Assembly (NCBI GenBank): GCA_963662715.1
Contig: OY759724.1
Span: 3,180,001-3,212,000, forward strand
Reading direction: 5' to 3'
Length of the DNA stretch: 32,000 bases
DNA from: Candidatus Omnitrophota bacterium
GTDB taxonomy: Bacteria; Omnitrophota; Gorgyraeia; Zapsychrales; JANLHA01
Below the pieces are notes generated by a model that worked only from the letters and a program-made list of their open reading frames with translations, was not told the DNA's origin and did not search any database. The position numbers were made by a program, and so were the translations under genes. Below are positions 6,988 through 16,016 of this stretch, in pieces; the stretch's first letter is position 1; every line of letters starts with the position of its first letter.

Positions 6988-8496
6988 ATGAGTCTAGCCT
7001 ATAAACTTTGGAGGATCGGGAGCGCATTGAATGAGGAGGATGTTTTTGAATTGATGAATGAGAATTCAAAAATTCCCGATGATCCCAGGTATTTGATGGT
7101 GGATTTTATAATCCAGGATGAAAGTGTTATAGATGTGCAAATCAAAGAGAAAGGCATCAGCAAAGATAAATTGTTTATGACACCTAAACTCGGTGGAGCA
7201 GGGACAGGGATTTATTATTTGTATCCCAACATTATTTTACAGAAGAATATTCCCTCTGAAAAAATTTTTCTATTGAAGAATACTCTATTCAACATAGTTT
7301 GCGTGTTTGCAAATGAGCCGAATAAAAAGCTGGCAGATCTTGTGATTAATCACTTTGAACGTGTTGAGGAGTTATGCTCATCGCATGAAAAAGGCGATTA
7401 TGTTTTTTGTATAACGATCAACGGAAAAACTTTTTGGGAATGTATGCCGGAGGTCTGGGAGAATTGGGTGAAATGTCCTTTTGTCGAAAATAAAAGCCTT
7501 TGCGAAGGACGGGATATCTTTACTAATGAGAGTTGCCGAGTTGGATACCAGCCAGATGTTAAGATTTTTTCTTATGATAATTATCATGATACCCTGAAAT
7601 ATCGTCTGACTAAGAATTATGCATTCTCCGCACAGAGTGCTAGGAACATTCGTTTTGGGTGGATGTTTGTTTGGGAAAATTTATTTTTTTGGTATAAAGG
7701 GCAATCTTACTGTCTTCTTCCTAATCTTATTAATTTTAGCCCGAGTGTTTATAAGGAGATTTTAATGAAATACAAGCAACTTAATAAAAAAGAGAGAGGA
7801 CGAAATGCTACGATTAGTGATTTAAAAAAACAGGAAGACGCTATTAAAAAAAAGTTAAAAAAGGAAAAAAATACGAAGAAAAAGGATGCTCTAAGAATTG
7901 AAGAATTGGAAAAGAGTCTTGAAGAGAAGTCAGCGGCTTTGTTGACATTAGACGTAGGGTTGATAATCAAAAGCCATGATGAGTTGGATAGTCTCTTGGA
8001 ATATCGAAACATGATGACGCTAGATTATTATTTTTTTGATCGTAATCTCACCAACAAATCCTTTCAGATTAAAGGCGCATTGGAAGAAATTTTGCCTAGT
8101 CAGATAAGTCGAGTGGTGAATGCTTTAAGGGAGCATAAAATTGACGAAAATATTACTTATTCCCCGAAAGAGAGAAGTGGTTTTGTAAGTCTTAAGCATT
8201 ATTTTTCTAGAAAAGAAATAGAAATTGTTTATACGAAAGGGTTTTCCGGGAGGAACGATTTCAGCAATACGATTCTTAAAGAACGTATTTATTTGGCTCG
8301 CTTACTTTTGACAGATGAACAAATATCCATAGATAACCTGATGGAGCGGTTTGAGTATCATCGCGAAAAAGACTACGAAGGGCATAAGCGAGTCCACGAT
8401 GGAATTAAGGATTGGCTCCAATATTCTGGCATATATCGCGAATCCGAAGAACGCATTCTTACATTCTTAAAACAGCTTAATAAAATAAAGGAGTAG
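6988..8496 (+). CDS. cas8b: Cascade large subunit (Cas8b-like), divergent
   Basis: Assigned mainly by position (between cas6 and cas7) and size (502 aa). AAGGAG SD. Contains a four-Cys cluster (C152, C163, C172, C183; nt 7441-7536) and a Lys/Glu-rich coiled-coil-like segment (residues 261-319). No sequence motif I can tie firmly to a named Cas8 family. Confidence 0.6.
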   Translation: MSLAYKLWRIGSALNEEDVFELMNENSKIPDDPRYLMVDFIIQDESVIDVQIKEKGISKDKLFMTPKLGGAGTGIYYLYPNIILQKNIPSEKIFLLKNTLFNIVCVFANEPNKKLADLVINHFERVEELCSSHEKGDYVFCITINGKTFWECMPEVWENWVKCPFVENKSLCEGRDIFTNESCRVGYQPDVKIFSYDNYHDTLKYRLTKNYAFSAQSARNIRFGWMFVWENLFFWYKGQSYCLLPNLINFSPSVYKEILMKYKQLNKKERGRNATISDLKKQEDAIKKKLKKEKNTKKKDALRIEELEKSLEEKSAALLTLDVGLIIKSHDELDSLLEYRNMMTLDYYFFDRNLTNKSFQIKGALEEILPSQISRVVNALREHKIDENITYSPKERSGFVSLKHYFSRKEIEIVYTKGFSGRNDFSNTILKERIYLARLLLTDEQISIDNLMERFEYHREKDYEGHKRVHDGIKDWLQYSGIYRESEERILTFLKQLNKIKE

Positions 8497-8501
8497 GGCT
8501 T

Positions 8502-8951
8502 ATGGGAGGGAAAAGCTTTAAAGAAAAATTGGAAGCCCGTATACAGGAAGATACGGCTAATTTTTGGTCTCGTCCGCAAATTCAGAAGGCATATTATTCT
8601 GGGGCTTATTCCAAGGCTATTGTTAATGGTTCATGGACTTCCAAAGTGAGTAAACAAAATGAAACATTTAAAAAGTGGCTTTCTAATCAAATTATTAATG
8701 CCAAAAACCTTGACCGTATATTTGAAATGGCTTTTCGTTTTGAGCAGAAATTAAAAATTCGGGTTCGAAACGATGGTGAAGTTCGTCGTCTTGCCCATGG
8801 AGTTGCTGCGGCTTCTGCGGCTGGGATATCAAGTGCAAAAATTTCATTTGCTTTTGTTGCTGGATTTGATGACTACGGGGTTTTTATAAAAGACAACCCT
8901 GCAGAAAAAAATCAGGATATGGATAACGAAATTAAGGAAGAACATAATTAA
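8502..8951 (+). CDS. cas11: Separately encoded small-subunit-like protein (Cas11-like), 149 aa
   Basis: Assigned by position (between the large subunit and cas7) and size. It has its own AAGGAG (8488-8493) 8 nt upstream of the ATG, embedded in the last codons of the upstream gene. Its reading frame differs from the large subunit. The sequence looks helical (KAYYSGAYSKAIV..., FKKWLSNQIINAKNLDRIFEMAFRFEQKLKI). Confidence 0.45.
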   Translation: MGGKSFKEKLEARIQEDTANFWSRPQIQKAYYSGAYSKAIVNGSWTSKVSKQNETFKKWLSNQIINAKNLDRIFEMAFRFEQKLKIRVRNDGEVRRLAHGVAAASAAGISSAKISFAFVAGFDDYGVFIKDNPAEKNQDMDNEIKEEHN

Positions 8952-8967
8952 CCTTCAGGAGGAATTT

Positions 8968-9885
8968 ATGTCAGAACAAGCTAAACACAGTGAATTGCTT
9001 TTTATTTGGGATGCCAAAACATGCAATCCGAATGGTGATATGTCGGCAGATAATGCTCCTCGTTTTGATGATGTCGATGAAAAGGCTATTGTTAGTGATG
9101 TTAGGGTTAAAAGAACGATTAGGGATGATTTACAAAAAAGGAAAAATGAGCCCATTTTTATTAACAATGATGAAATTTTATCCAAAGGGCTTACGGCTGA
9201 AGCTCGTTTTAAGGAGTTAAAAGATAAATTAAAAGATATTAAAAACGAAAAAGAAGTTTTTCTTTCTTGTATTGATAATAGGCTTTTTGGAGGAGTTGCT
9301 CCTAAAAGTGATATTCAACTTGTGGGGACTGTTCAGTTGGGATGGACTAAATCACTTAACCGTACGGAAACAATTTTAAAATCAGGTACGGGGGCTTTCG
9401 CGACTACTGGGAAGTCTGGAGAAACTAAGTATACGAAAACGTTCCGTGCCGATAATTATATCCCGTATGGACTCTTTGCAATGTATGGAACTGTCAATCG
9501 CCTGCAGGCCGAGAAAGCCAGTACGCAAGAAGAAGATATTAAAAAAATGCTAGATTCCCTTTGGATGGGAACGAAATTATTGAATACACGTAGCAAAGAG
9601 GGACAAAAATCACGTTTGCTGATACGAATTATTTACAAAGCCGAGTCCTTTTTCTTCATTGGGTTGTTGGATGAACTCGTGACCTTAAAAAATGAGGATT
9701 CTTCTCTTCTTAGAGAAATAGATGAGTGTGATATTGATTTTTCAAAATTGGTTGCGGCCATTGATGCGGCTAAGAATCATATTGAAAAGGTTGAGATTGT
9801 TCTCGATGCCTCGATGGAAAAATATCGCGATGTTTTTGGCAATCAGATTTTTTCCATTAAGACTGAGACCGAATTTATACAATAA
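8968..9885 (+). CDS. cas7: Cascade backbone subunit Cas7 (Csh2/Csd2-type, I-B/I-C clade)
   Basis: The N-terminal signature CNPNGDMSADNAPRFDDVDEKAIVSDVRVKRTIRDDL matches the NPNGD...PR.D....SDV.lKR.IRD pattern of the Csh2/Csd2 (CT1132) Cas7 family. GGAGG SD. 305 aa. Confidence 0.9.
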   Translation: MSEQAKHSELLFIWDAKTCNPNGDMSADNAPRFDDVDEKAIVSDVRVKRTIRDDLQKRKNEPIFINNDEILSKGLTAEARFKELKDKLKDIKNEKEVFLSCIDNRLFGGVAPKSDIQLVGTVQLGWTKSLNRTETILKSGTGAFATTGKSGETKYTKTFRADNYIPYGLFAMYGTVNRLQAEKASTQEEDIKKMLDSLWMGTKLLNTRSKEGQKSRLLIRIIYKAESFFFIGLLDELVTLKNEDSSLLREIDECDIDFSKLVAAIDAAKNHIEKVEIVLDASMEKYRDVFGNQIFSIKTETEFIQ

Positions 9886-9899
9886 TAAGGAGCGCGGCT

Positions 9900-10643
9900 A
9901 TGCTTGTTTTTAAAATATGGAGCAGGTTCGGCGTTTTTCGCGATCCACTGACCATCACTCAAAATATTACCTTCCCTTTGCCGCCTAAAACCACAGTAGG
10001 AGGGATGATGGCTGCGGTTTTGGGTATTGATTATAATGATTATTTTCGTGATCCAAATTATTTTTTGTTCGGGTATTCGGTCGTTACTTTGAATCCTATC
10101 AGAAAAAAAAGTTTTGCTCAAAATTATATTGATGATTATACCAAAGGATCTTCAAGAAAACTATCTCAATTGGGGAATGCTTCTAAAAAGTTCCCCGGTG
10201 ATATTGGTAAGCTGGGAGAAAAATTTACAAAGCCTAAACCAATCTTTCGAGAACTTTTGTGTGCTCCCGCATATCTTGTTTTTATTGATGATTATATATA
10301 TATAAAAAAGCTTAGAAAGGCCATAGAGAATCACACAACCGGTTTTGCCCTTTACATGGGGAATTCGGAATTCCCGGCCAATATCAAATTCATTCCTGTT
10401 TTATCCTTCAACCCGGTCAACGATGTCTGTCTCGATTCCTTCACAACCCGGCCAGATCTTCTGGAGTTTGAAGCTAACAAAAGATACACAAATTTACATT
10501 TCGCAACCAGCGTTACAGGTGAACGTGAATACACACAATACCGCAAAATCATTTTCTCCGAAGCCGGAATCCGTCTGAAGAAACCGGTGGAAGCCGTCAA
10601 AATCGTTACGGAAGACAAAACATATGTCTGTGAATTTATCTGA
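9900..10643 (+). CDS. cas5: Cascade subunit Cas5
   Basis: Cas5-type N-terminus (FGVFRDPLTITQNITFPLPPKTTVGGMMAAVLG). 247 aa, AAGGAG SD, directly follows cas7. Confidence 0.85.
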   Translation: MLVFKIWSRFGVFRDPLTITQNITFPLPPKTTVGGMMAAVLGIDYNDYFRDPNYFLFGYSVVTLNPIRKKSFAQNYIDDYTKGSSRKLSQLGNASKKFPGDIGKLGEKFTKPKPIFRELLCAPAYLVFIDDYIYIKKLRKAIENHTTGFALYMGNSEFPANIKFIPVLSFNPVNDVCLDSFTTRPDLLEFEANKRYTNLHFATSVTGEREYTQYRKIIFSEAGIRLKKPVEAVKIVTEDKTYVCEFI

Positions 10644-12849
10644 GTATTGCTCCCATCCAGGTTATCCGTACGAGAAACATATCGGAAACATTGCAGACTC
10701 TTTCCCGGATCCGTTGCATAAGGAAATCGCACATTTTCATGATGCCGGAAAACTTTCTGACAAATTCCAAAATGGTGTCCTGAAGGGAACAACAAAAACA
10801 ACGCACGCACTGGAAGGTGCTTTTGTTTATTTTGCTGACTGCTGCAAACAGAAAAGACCACTTGCGCGTGATGTGTTAACAGCATTTTGGACAATTGCGG
10901 CGCATCATACAGGTCTTGACGATTATCGTAATTTTTGGGAATCTCGGTGCACCGACTATGAGGAGCTTGTTTATGTCTTGTCTGATTTTGAGGAAAATCT
11001 TGCGCAGGTTATGGAAAGACTTTATGGGTTATCGAATTTCCCTGCGGGAAATATATGTGAGTGGTTTGATGAGAATAAGGAACAAATCGCCAAACTTCTT
11101 AAAGAACCTTTCGGGAATTTCTTTATCATTCGCGAGTCGTTCTCCCGTCTGATCTTTGCCGACAGGTATGAGGCTATATTTAAAGAATCTTTTCATGATA
11201 TGAATATGTTGGATACCCCATCGTATAAGGACAAACTTAAGGTGGTATTTGACAAATTCTCAGCAAAAGGTGGAACTCTGACTGAATATAGAAACGCTTT
11301 CCGGGAAACTATTTTGACAAATTATTATAATAGCAAGGGAAAACGTTTTTTCATTGTCGAGGCACCTACTGGAATTGGAAAGACATTGACTGCTTTGGAT
11401 CTGGCATTACATATTACCAAAGACAAAAAAAAGAAACGTATCATCACATCCCTCCCAATGACATCTATCATTGATCAGACTCAGATGGTCTATTCTGAGA
11501 TCCTTGGAGAAGACGCTGTGTTGAAAGATCACTATCTGGCAGATACTAAGAACTATGATGACCACATCGATATTCAAAAAAATGATTTCTTGATGAACAG
11601 TTGGGCAAATGACGGAATTATTGTTACTACATTTAACAGATTGTTTAATGCTCTGTTTTCTGTCAGTAACAGCGACATTTTCAAATTTTGGACTTTACGG
11701 GATAGTGTTGTAATTCTTGATGAGGTACAAACCATCCCGCGCGTGCTTATTCAAGATGTGGCACGGGTTCTGGATGAACTGTCTTTTCTGATGAATATTG
11801 ATTTTATCGTCATGTCGGCTACGGTTCCAGAGATCAAAAGATTCCTGGCCCCGGAAAAAATCGCGGTGCTTTCGAGTGACCGGTTCTTCCAGGATGAGAC
11901 CAACAACCGTTATATCCTTCAATACGATGAAAATATTCCCGATACGGATTCTCTCATCGAAGCTGTGATGCGTGCCTACAGGGGGCATCAGTCCGTCCTG
12001 TGCGTCGTCAATACCAAGAAGACCGCCTTGCAGGTTTATAAGGGTTTGAAAAAATATTTTAGTTCGGAACTGTATCTATTAAGCGGATATTTTTTGCCAT
12101 GCGAGAGAGAAAGAATTCTCAAGGAAATCGGGGAAAAACTCGGAGGCGAAAAGCTTGTCCTTGTTTCAACACAAGTAGTCGAGGCTGGTGTTGATCTGGA
12201 TTTTGATCAGGGCTTCCGCGAATTTGCTCCGTTTTCCAGTATCATTCAAACAGCCGGAAGGATTAACCGGGAAGGTAAAAATGATCCAAGTGAACTAACA
12301 GTTTTTCCCTTAATTACCTCTGGGCCTTACCACAAAATCGATATGTGTGCGGACAAGGTTATCCCTTGGTTAAAACAAGGTTTTCCAGAAAACAAATTAT
12401 TTAATGTGATAAGGCAATATTTTAAGAATATTATTGAGTCTTCCAATCCTGATCCTTTATTGCTTCAGGACATAAAAAATTTAAATTACAAGACAGTCTC
12501 GAACTCCTTCAGAAATAATTTTATGACGGATACCCCTTTTTATGTAAAAGTCTTTGTCGAAATTTGTCCCGGACTGTATGAGCAGTTTGATGAAGAACGA
12601 AAAATGCTTTTAGCCGGATTGAATGATTCGGATGAATTATCGAGAAAAATGAGATGCAAGGTTCGCCTGAGAAAAATGATGAACAAATTATCGAAGTATA
12701 TTATTAACGTATCTAAATTTGATGTCGTGGGTTTAAGCAATTTGTGGGATTTAGACGATTTATATATTTGTTTTTATGATCATTTGACAGATTATTATAA
12801 CGTTGAAAAAGGCTGGAGCGTTTCAGAATCATCTAGTTTAATGTTCTGA
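10624..12849 (+). CDS. cas3: Cas3 nuclease-helicase (fused HD + SF2 helicase)
   Basis: HD-domain motifs are present (EKHIGN, HFHDAGK, THALEG, AAHHTG). Helicase motifs: I APTGIGKT, II VILDEVQ, III SAT, V VSTQVVEAGVDLDFD, VI QTAGRINREG. The start overlaps cas5 by 20 nt. Confidence 0.95.
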   Translation: MSVNLSEYCSHPGYPYEKHIGNIADSFPDPLHKEIAHFHDAGKLSDKFQNGVLKGTTKTTHALEGAFVYFADCCKQKRPLARDVLTAFWTIAAHHTGLDDYRNFWESRCTDYEELVYVLSDFEENLAQVMERLYGLSNFPAGNICEWFDENKEQIAKLLKEPFGNFFIIRESFSRLIFADRYEAIFKESFHDMNMLDTPSYKDKLKVVFDKFSAKGGTLTEYRNAFRETILTNYYNSKGKRFFIVEAPTGIGKTLTALDLALHITKDKKKKRIITSLPMTSIIDQTQMVYSEILGEDAVLKDHYLADTKNYDDHIDIQKNDFLMNSWANDGIIVTTFNRLFNALFSVSNSDIFKFWTLRDSVVILDEVQTIPRVLIQDVARVLDELSFLMNIDFIVMSATVPEIKRFLAPEKIAVLSSDRFFQDETNNRYILQYDENIPDTDSLIEAVMRAYRGHQSVLCVVNTKKTALQVYKGLKKYFSSELYLLSGYFLPCERERILKEIGEKLGGEKLVLVSTQVVEAGVDLDFDQGFREFAPFSSIIQTAGRINREGKNDPSELTVFPLITSGPYHKIDMCADKVIPWLKQGFPENKLFNVIRQYFKNIIESSNPDPLLLQDIKNLNYKTVSNSFRNNFMTDTPFYVKVFVEICPGLYEQFDEERKMLLAGLNDSDELSRKMRCKVRLRKMMNKLSKYIINVSKFDVVGLSNLWDLDDLYICFYDHLTDYYNVEKGWSVSESSSLMF

Positions 12850-12864
12850 TAACAGGGAATATTT

Positions 12865-13848
12865 ATGCAACTCATCCTAAACACATACGGCTCATACCTC
12901 CATCAATCCGATGGGATATTTGAGGTTAAGGTAGATAAGGAGAAGACCCGTATCTCCCCCAAGAAGGTGCAGTCTATAGTTGTCACAACAGGGATTAGTT
13001 TATCATCCGATGCCATGCAGTTGGCGGTTGAAAATAATATTGACGTTTTGTTTATGGACAAGTTCGGTAATCCTTTTGGCCGGGTATGGCATGGGCGTTT
13101 GGGATCAACAGCGCGTATCCGCCGGGCGCAGTTGGAACATGCGGTATCAGAAGGGGGAATTATTATCGGAAAGAAGTTTGTCGAGAAAAAGTTTGATAAT
13201 CAAATTGCGTTTTTGCTTGCGTTGCGTGACCGGCGTACAGCCATGTCGGCAGAAATTACCAAGGTTATCCAGGTGATCAGGGACGCAAAGGAAAAGCTTC
13301 TGCTTGTGAATGGTCCGGTTGACGAGCAGCGGGGAAGCATTATGGGCATAGAAGGACAATCCGGCAGACGGTATTGGGAAATTTTAAGTTTGCTGCTGCC
13401 GGAACGGTTTCGTTTTAACGGCCGCAGCCGTAATCCGGCAGGGGATGAGTTTAATTGTCTTTTAAATTATGCTTACGGAGTTTTGTACGGGATCGTTGAA
13501 CGGGCTTGTGTTTTGGCAGGAATTGATCCTTATGTCGGTTTTATTCATACGGATCATTATGCCAAGACTTCTATGGTTTTTGATGTTATTGAAGGGTATC
13601 GTATTTTTGCGGATGAAACGGTTTTTAATTTGTTCTCACGTAAAAAAGTTAAACAGGCTTTGTTTGACCGCATGCAGAATGGTTTTGTTTTGAACAAAGA
13701 AGGTAAGGCTGTTTTGCTTGCGGATTATAATGTGTATTTGGATGACTGCATTCTTTATAATGGACGCCGTCTGAAAAGACGGGATACGATTCAGTTTGAC
13801 TTGCACAAACTAGCCAACAGCTGGATAAAAACGGATGCCGTTCTTTAG
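12865..13848 (+). CDS. cas1: Cas1 integrase
   Basis: 327 aa with Cas1-type regions EFNCLLNYAYGVLYG and GFIHTDHYAKTSMVFDVIEGYR (conserved E/H/D context). Confidence 0.95.
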   Translation: MQLILNTYGSYLHQSDGIFEVKVDKEKTRISPKKVQSIVVTTGISLSSDAMQLAVENNIDVLFMDKFGNPFGRVWHGRLGSTARIRRAQLEHAVSEGGIIIGKKFVEKKFDNQIAFLLALRDRRTAMSAEITKVIQVIRDAKEKLLLVNGPVDEQRGSIMGIEGQSGRRYWEILSLLLPERFRFNGRSRNPAGDEFNCLLNYAYGVLYGIVERACVLAGIDPYVGFIHTDHYAKTSMVFDVIEGYRIFADETVFNLFSRKKVKQALFDRMQNGFVLNKEGKAVLLADYNVYLDDCILYNGRRLKRRDTIQFDLHKLANSWIKTDAVL

Positions 13849-13876
13849 GGGGCGTGCCCGAGGAAAGACAGATGAG

Positions 13877-14182
13877 ATGAAACCAACAGAAACACTGGTT
13901 TGGGTTATTTATGATATCTGCAGTAATAATATCCGGCGCAAAGTAATCAAAGCGACTGAGGCAACCGGATTGTACCGGGTGCAGAAATCTGTTTTTTTAG
14001 GCACGATTAACCGGGCGGATCTGGATTCTCTGGCGCTTGAGATTGAAGACTTGATTGATGAGGAGAGTGATTCGGTTTATATTTTTCCGATGTGTGAGAC
14101 TGATTTTAAAAAAGTGGTTTTAAAAGGACAGGCTTTTGACAAAAGTCTTGTTACAGATGAGGTGAAAAGTTTGTTTGTCTGA
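13877..14182 (+). CDS. cas2: Cas2
   Basis: Cas2 pattern LVWVIYDI...RRKV...GLYRVQKSVFLG. I prefer ATG 13877 (GAGGAAAG 10 nt upstream) to the ORF-track start 13835, which would add 14 residues overlapping the cas1 3' end. Confidence 0.85.
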   Translation: MKPTETLVWVIYDICSNNIRRKVIKATEATGLYRVQKSVFLGTINRADLDSLALEIEDLIDEESDSVYIFPMCETDFKKVVLKGQAFDKSLVTDEVKSLFV

Positions 14183-14203
14183 TTAAAATAAAAAGGAGAA
14201 GGT

Positions 14204-14809
14204 ATGCTGAAGGTCAGTGATCCGCAACAGCAGGTCATGATAACACCGAGTGAGGTGATCGAATATTTATATTGTCCCCGATTTACATATTATCTGAATG
14301 TCTTAAGAATTGATCAGTACGAAAAAAATCGTTATAAAGTCCAGAAGGGGCGGCGTGTACATGAAGAAAGGCTGAATCATAATAAGAATTATTTAAGAAA
14401 AAAGATTCCTGTTATAAAAAAAGAAACTAATGTTTATCTGGCTGACCCTGTTTTGCGGGTGAGAGGGATTGTTGATGAAGTGCTTTATTTAGAGGATGAG
14501 TCTCTTTCTCCTGTGGATTATAAATTTTCTCCATATAAGGATTTTGTTTTTAAGACGCATAAAGTGCAGATGTGTTTGTATGCTTTACTAATTGAAAAAA
14601 ATTACCAAAAGCCCGTTAAGAAAGGGTATATTGCTTATATCAGAGGGGGGAGTAAAACCTGTGAAGTTGATATTACTGATAAAATGAAGTCGGATGCACG
14701 GGCAATCGTGGATAGTATTCTTGAGATTATTGTGGGCGAAAGATTGCCGGGAAAGACGAAAAACAAGGTGAGATGTATTGACTGTACTTATAAAAATATT
14801 TGTGTTTGA
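14204..14809 (+). CDS. cas4: Cas4 (RecB-like nuclease with 4-Cys cluster)
   Basis: N-terminal Cys (YCPRFTYY) plus C-terminal CIDCTYKNIC (CxxCxxxxxC). RecB-like motifs GIVDEV, PVDYK and VQMCLYAL. AAGGAG SD. 201 aa. Confidence 0.9.
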   Translation: MLKVSDPQQQVMITPSEVIEYLYCPRFTYYLNVLRIDQYEKNRYKVQKGRRVHEERLNHNKNYLRKKIPVIKKETNVYLADPVLRVRGIVDEVLYLEDESLSPVDYKFSPYKDFVFKTHKVQMCLYALLIEKNYQKPVKKGYIAYIRGGSKTCEVDITDKMKSDARAIVDSILEIIVGERLPGKTKNKVRCIDCTYKNICV

Positions 14810-14982
14810 GAATGGTAATGATAGAAGTTGATATATATGAATATGTTGTGGGGAATTAATCGCGGGAATAATGGTGAAAACAGAGCAGAAAAGCTCTTGT
14901 GTCGAGGGGGTTCTTTGATAATTCAATATGATTTTTGCGGAGATGAACATTTTGTGGTATATAAAGTTAGAAGAAATGTGCG
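14810..14982 (+). promoter_or_regulatory. CRISPR leader (173 bp, AT-rich)
   Basis: Lies between the cas4 stop and repeat 1. The opposite end of the array carries the degenerate repeat, so this is the leader end. Confidence 0.65.
14935..14963 (+). promoter_or_regulatory. Putative pre-crRNA promoter within the leader
   Basis: TTGCGG (14935-14940), a 17-nt spacer, then TATATA (14958-14963), 19 nt upstream of repeat 1. Confidence 0.4.
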
Positions 14983-15462
14983 GTCGTCAGTACATATCCA
15001 ACAAAACAAGGATTGAAACAGCAACCGACAAATCAAGCCCGTTGCTTCGTTCTGCGTCGTCAGTACATATCCAACAAAACAAGGATTGAAACGTAATAAC
15101 CGTAAGTAAGTTAGTAATAACCCACCATAAGGTCGTCAGTACATATCCAACAAAACAAGGATTGAAACATCATCTTGGTCACTTCGTCTAATGCAAAGCT
15201 CTGGTCGTCAGTACATATCCAACAAAACAAGGATTGAAACGGAAGTAAACGCTCACAGGGAATTGCTACGCCTAAGGGTCGTCAGTACATATCCAACAAA
15301 ACAAGGATTGAAACATATTAAAATCAACAGAGATATACTCCAAAAACTCTTGTCGTCAGTACATATCCAACAAAACAAGGATTGAAACAAGCACCAAAGA
15401 TTAAACCATGAGATACAAAAGAATCGTCGTCAGTACATATCCAACAAAACAAGGATTGAAAC

Positions 15463-16016
15463 GGCGGGACCCATCCACGGGCTGATATGCCTTCTCTTAG
15501 TCGTCAGTACATATCCAACAAAACAAGGATTGAAACTTTTTCAGAAAAAAAATACCGGCAACCGTTGAGCGGAGTCGTCAGTACATATCCAACAAAACAA
15601 GGATTGAAACACTCATCATACGTCCCCACTAAGTGGAACACATGCGGTCGTCAGTACATATCCAACAAAACAAGGATTGAAACATGTGCGCTGATCCCCA
15701 AGAACCACGCCAGGCAGCAGGTCGTCAGTACATATCCAACAAAACAAGGATTGAAACTAATGAACGCCCTCGGGGAGGAGCCGAAATGAGCATAGTCGTC
15801 AGTACATATCCAACAAAACAAGGATTGAAACTTCATGGGATGACCGCCTGTCACCTGCATTTCTCCTGGTCGTCAGTACATATCCAACAAAACAAGGATT
15901 GAAACTAGTAGCCGTCTGCTTCTTTTGCCTTATATATGCCGGTCGTCAGTACATATCCAACAAAACAAGGATTGAAACCTTCTACAGCTATCAAAGTATC
16001 ACCATTTGTCCAATAA
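15463..16016 (+). repeat. Intra-array duplicated block, copy A (spacers 7-14)
   Basis: Spacers 7-10 (15463-15720) and 13-14 (15906-16016) are identical to spacers 20-23 and 25-26. Spacers 11-12 (15758-15868) are unique to this copy. Confidence 0.95.

Noticed and set aside
7824-7871. A7-A8 homopolymer runs in the large-subunit gene (7824-7830, 7846-7853, 7865-7871), considered as slippage or phase-variation sites.
   Set aside because: They simply encode the Lys-rich segment. There is no evidence of frameshifting and the runs are not unusually long for AT-rich DNA.
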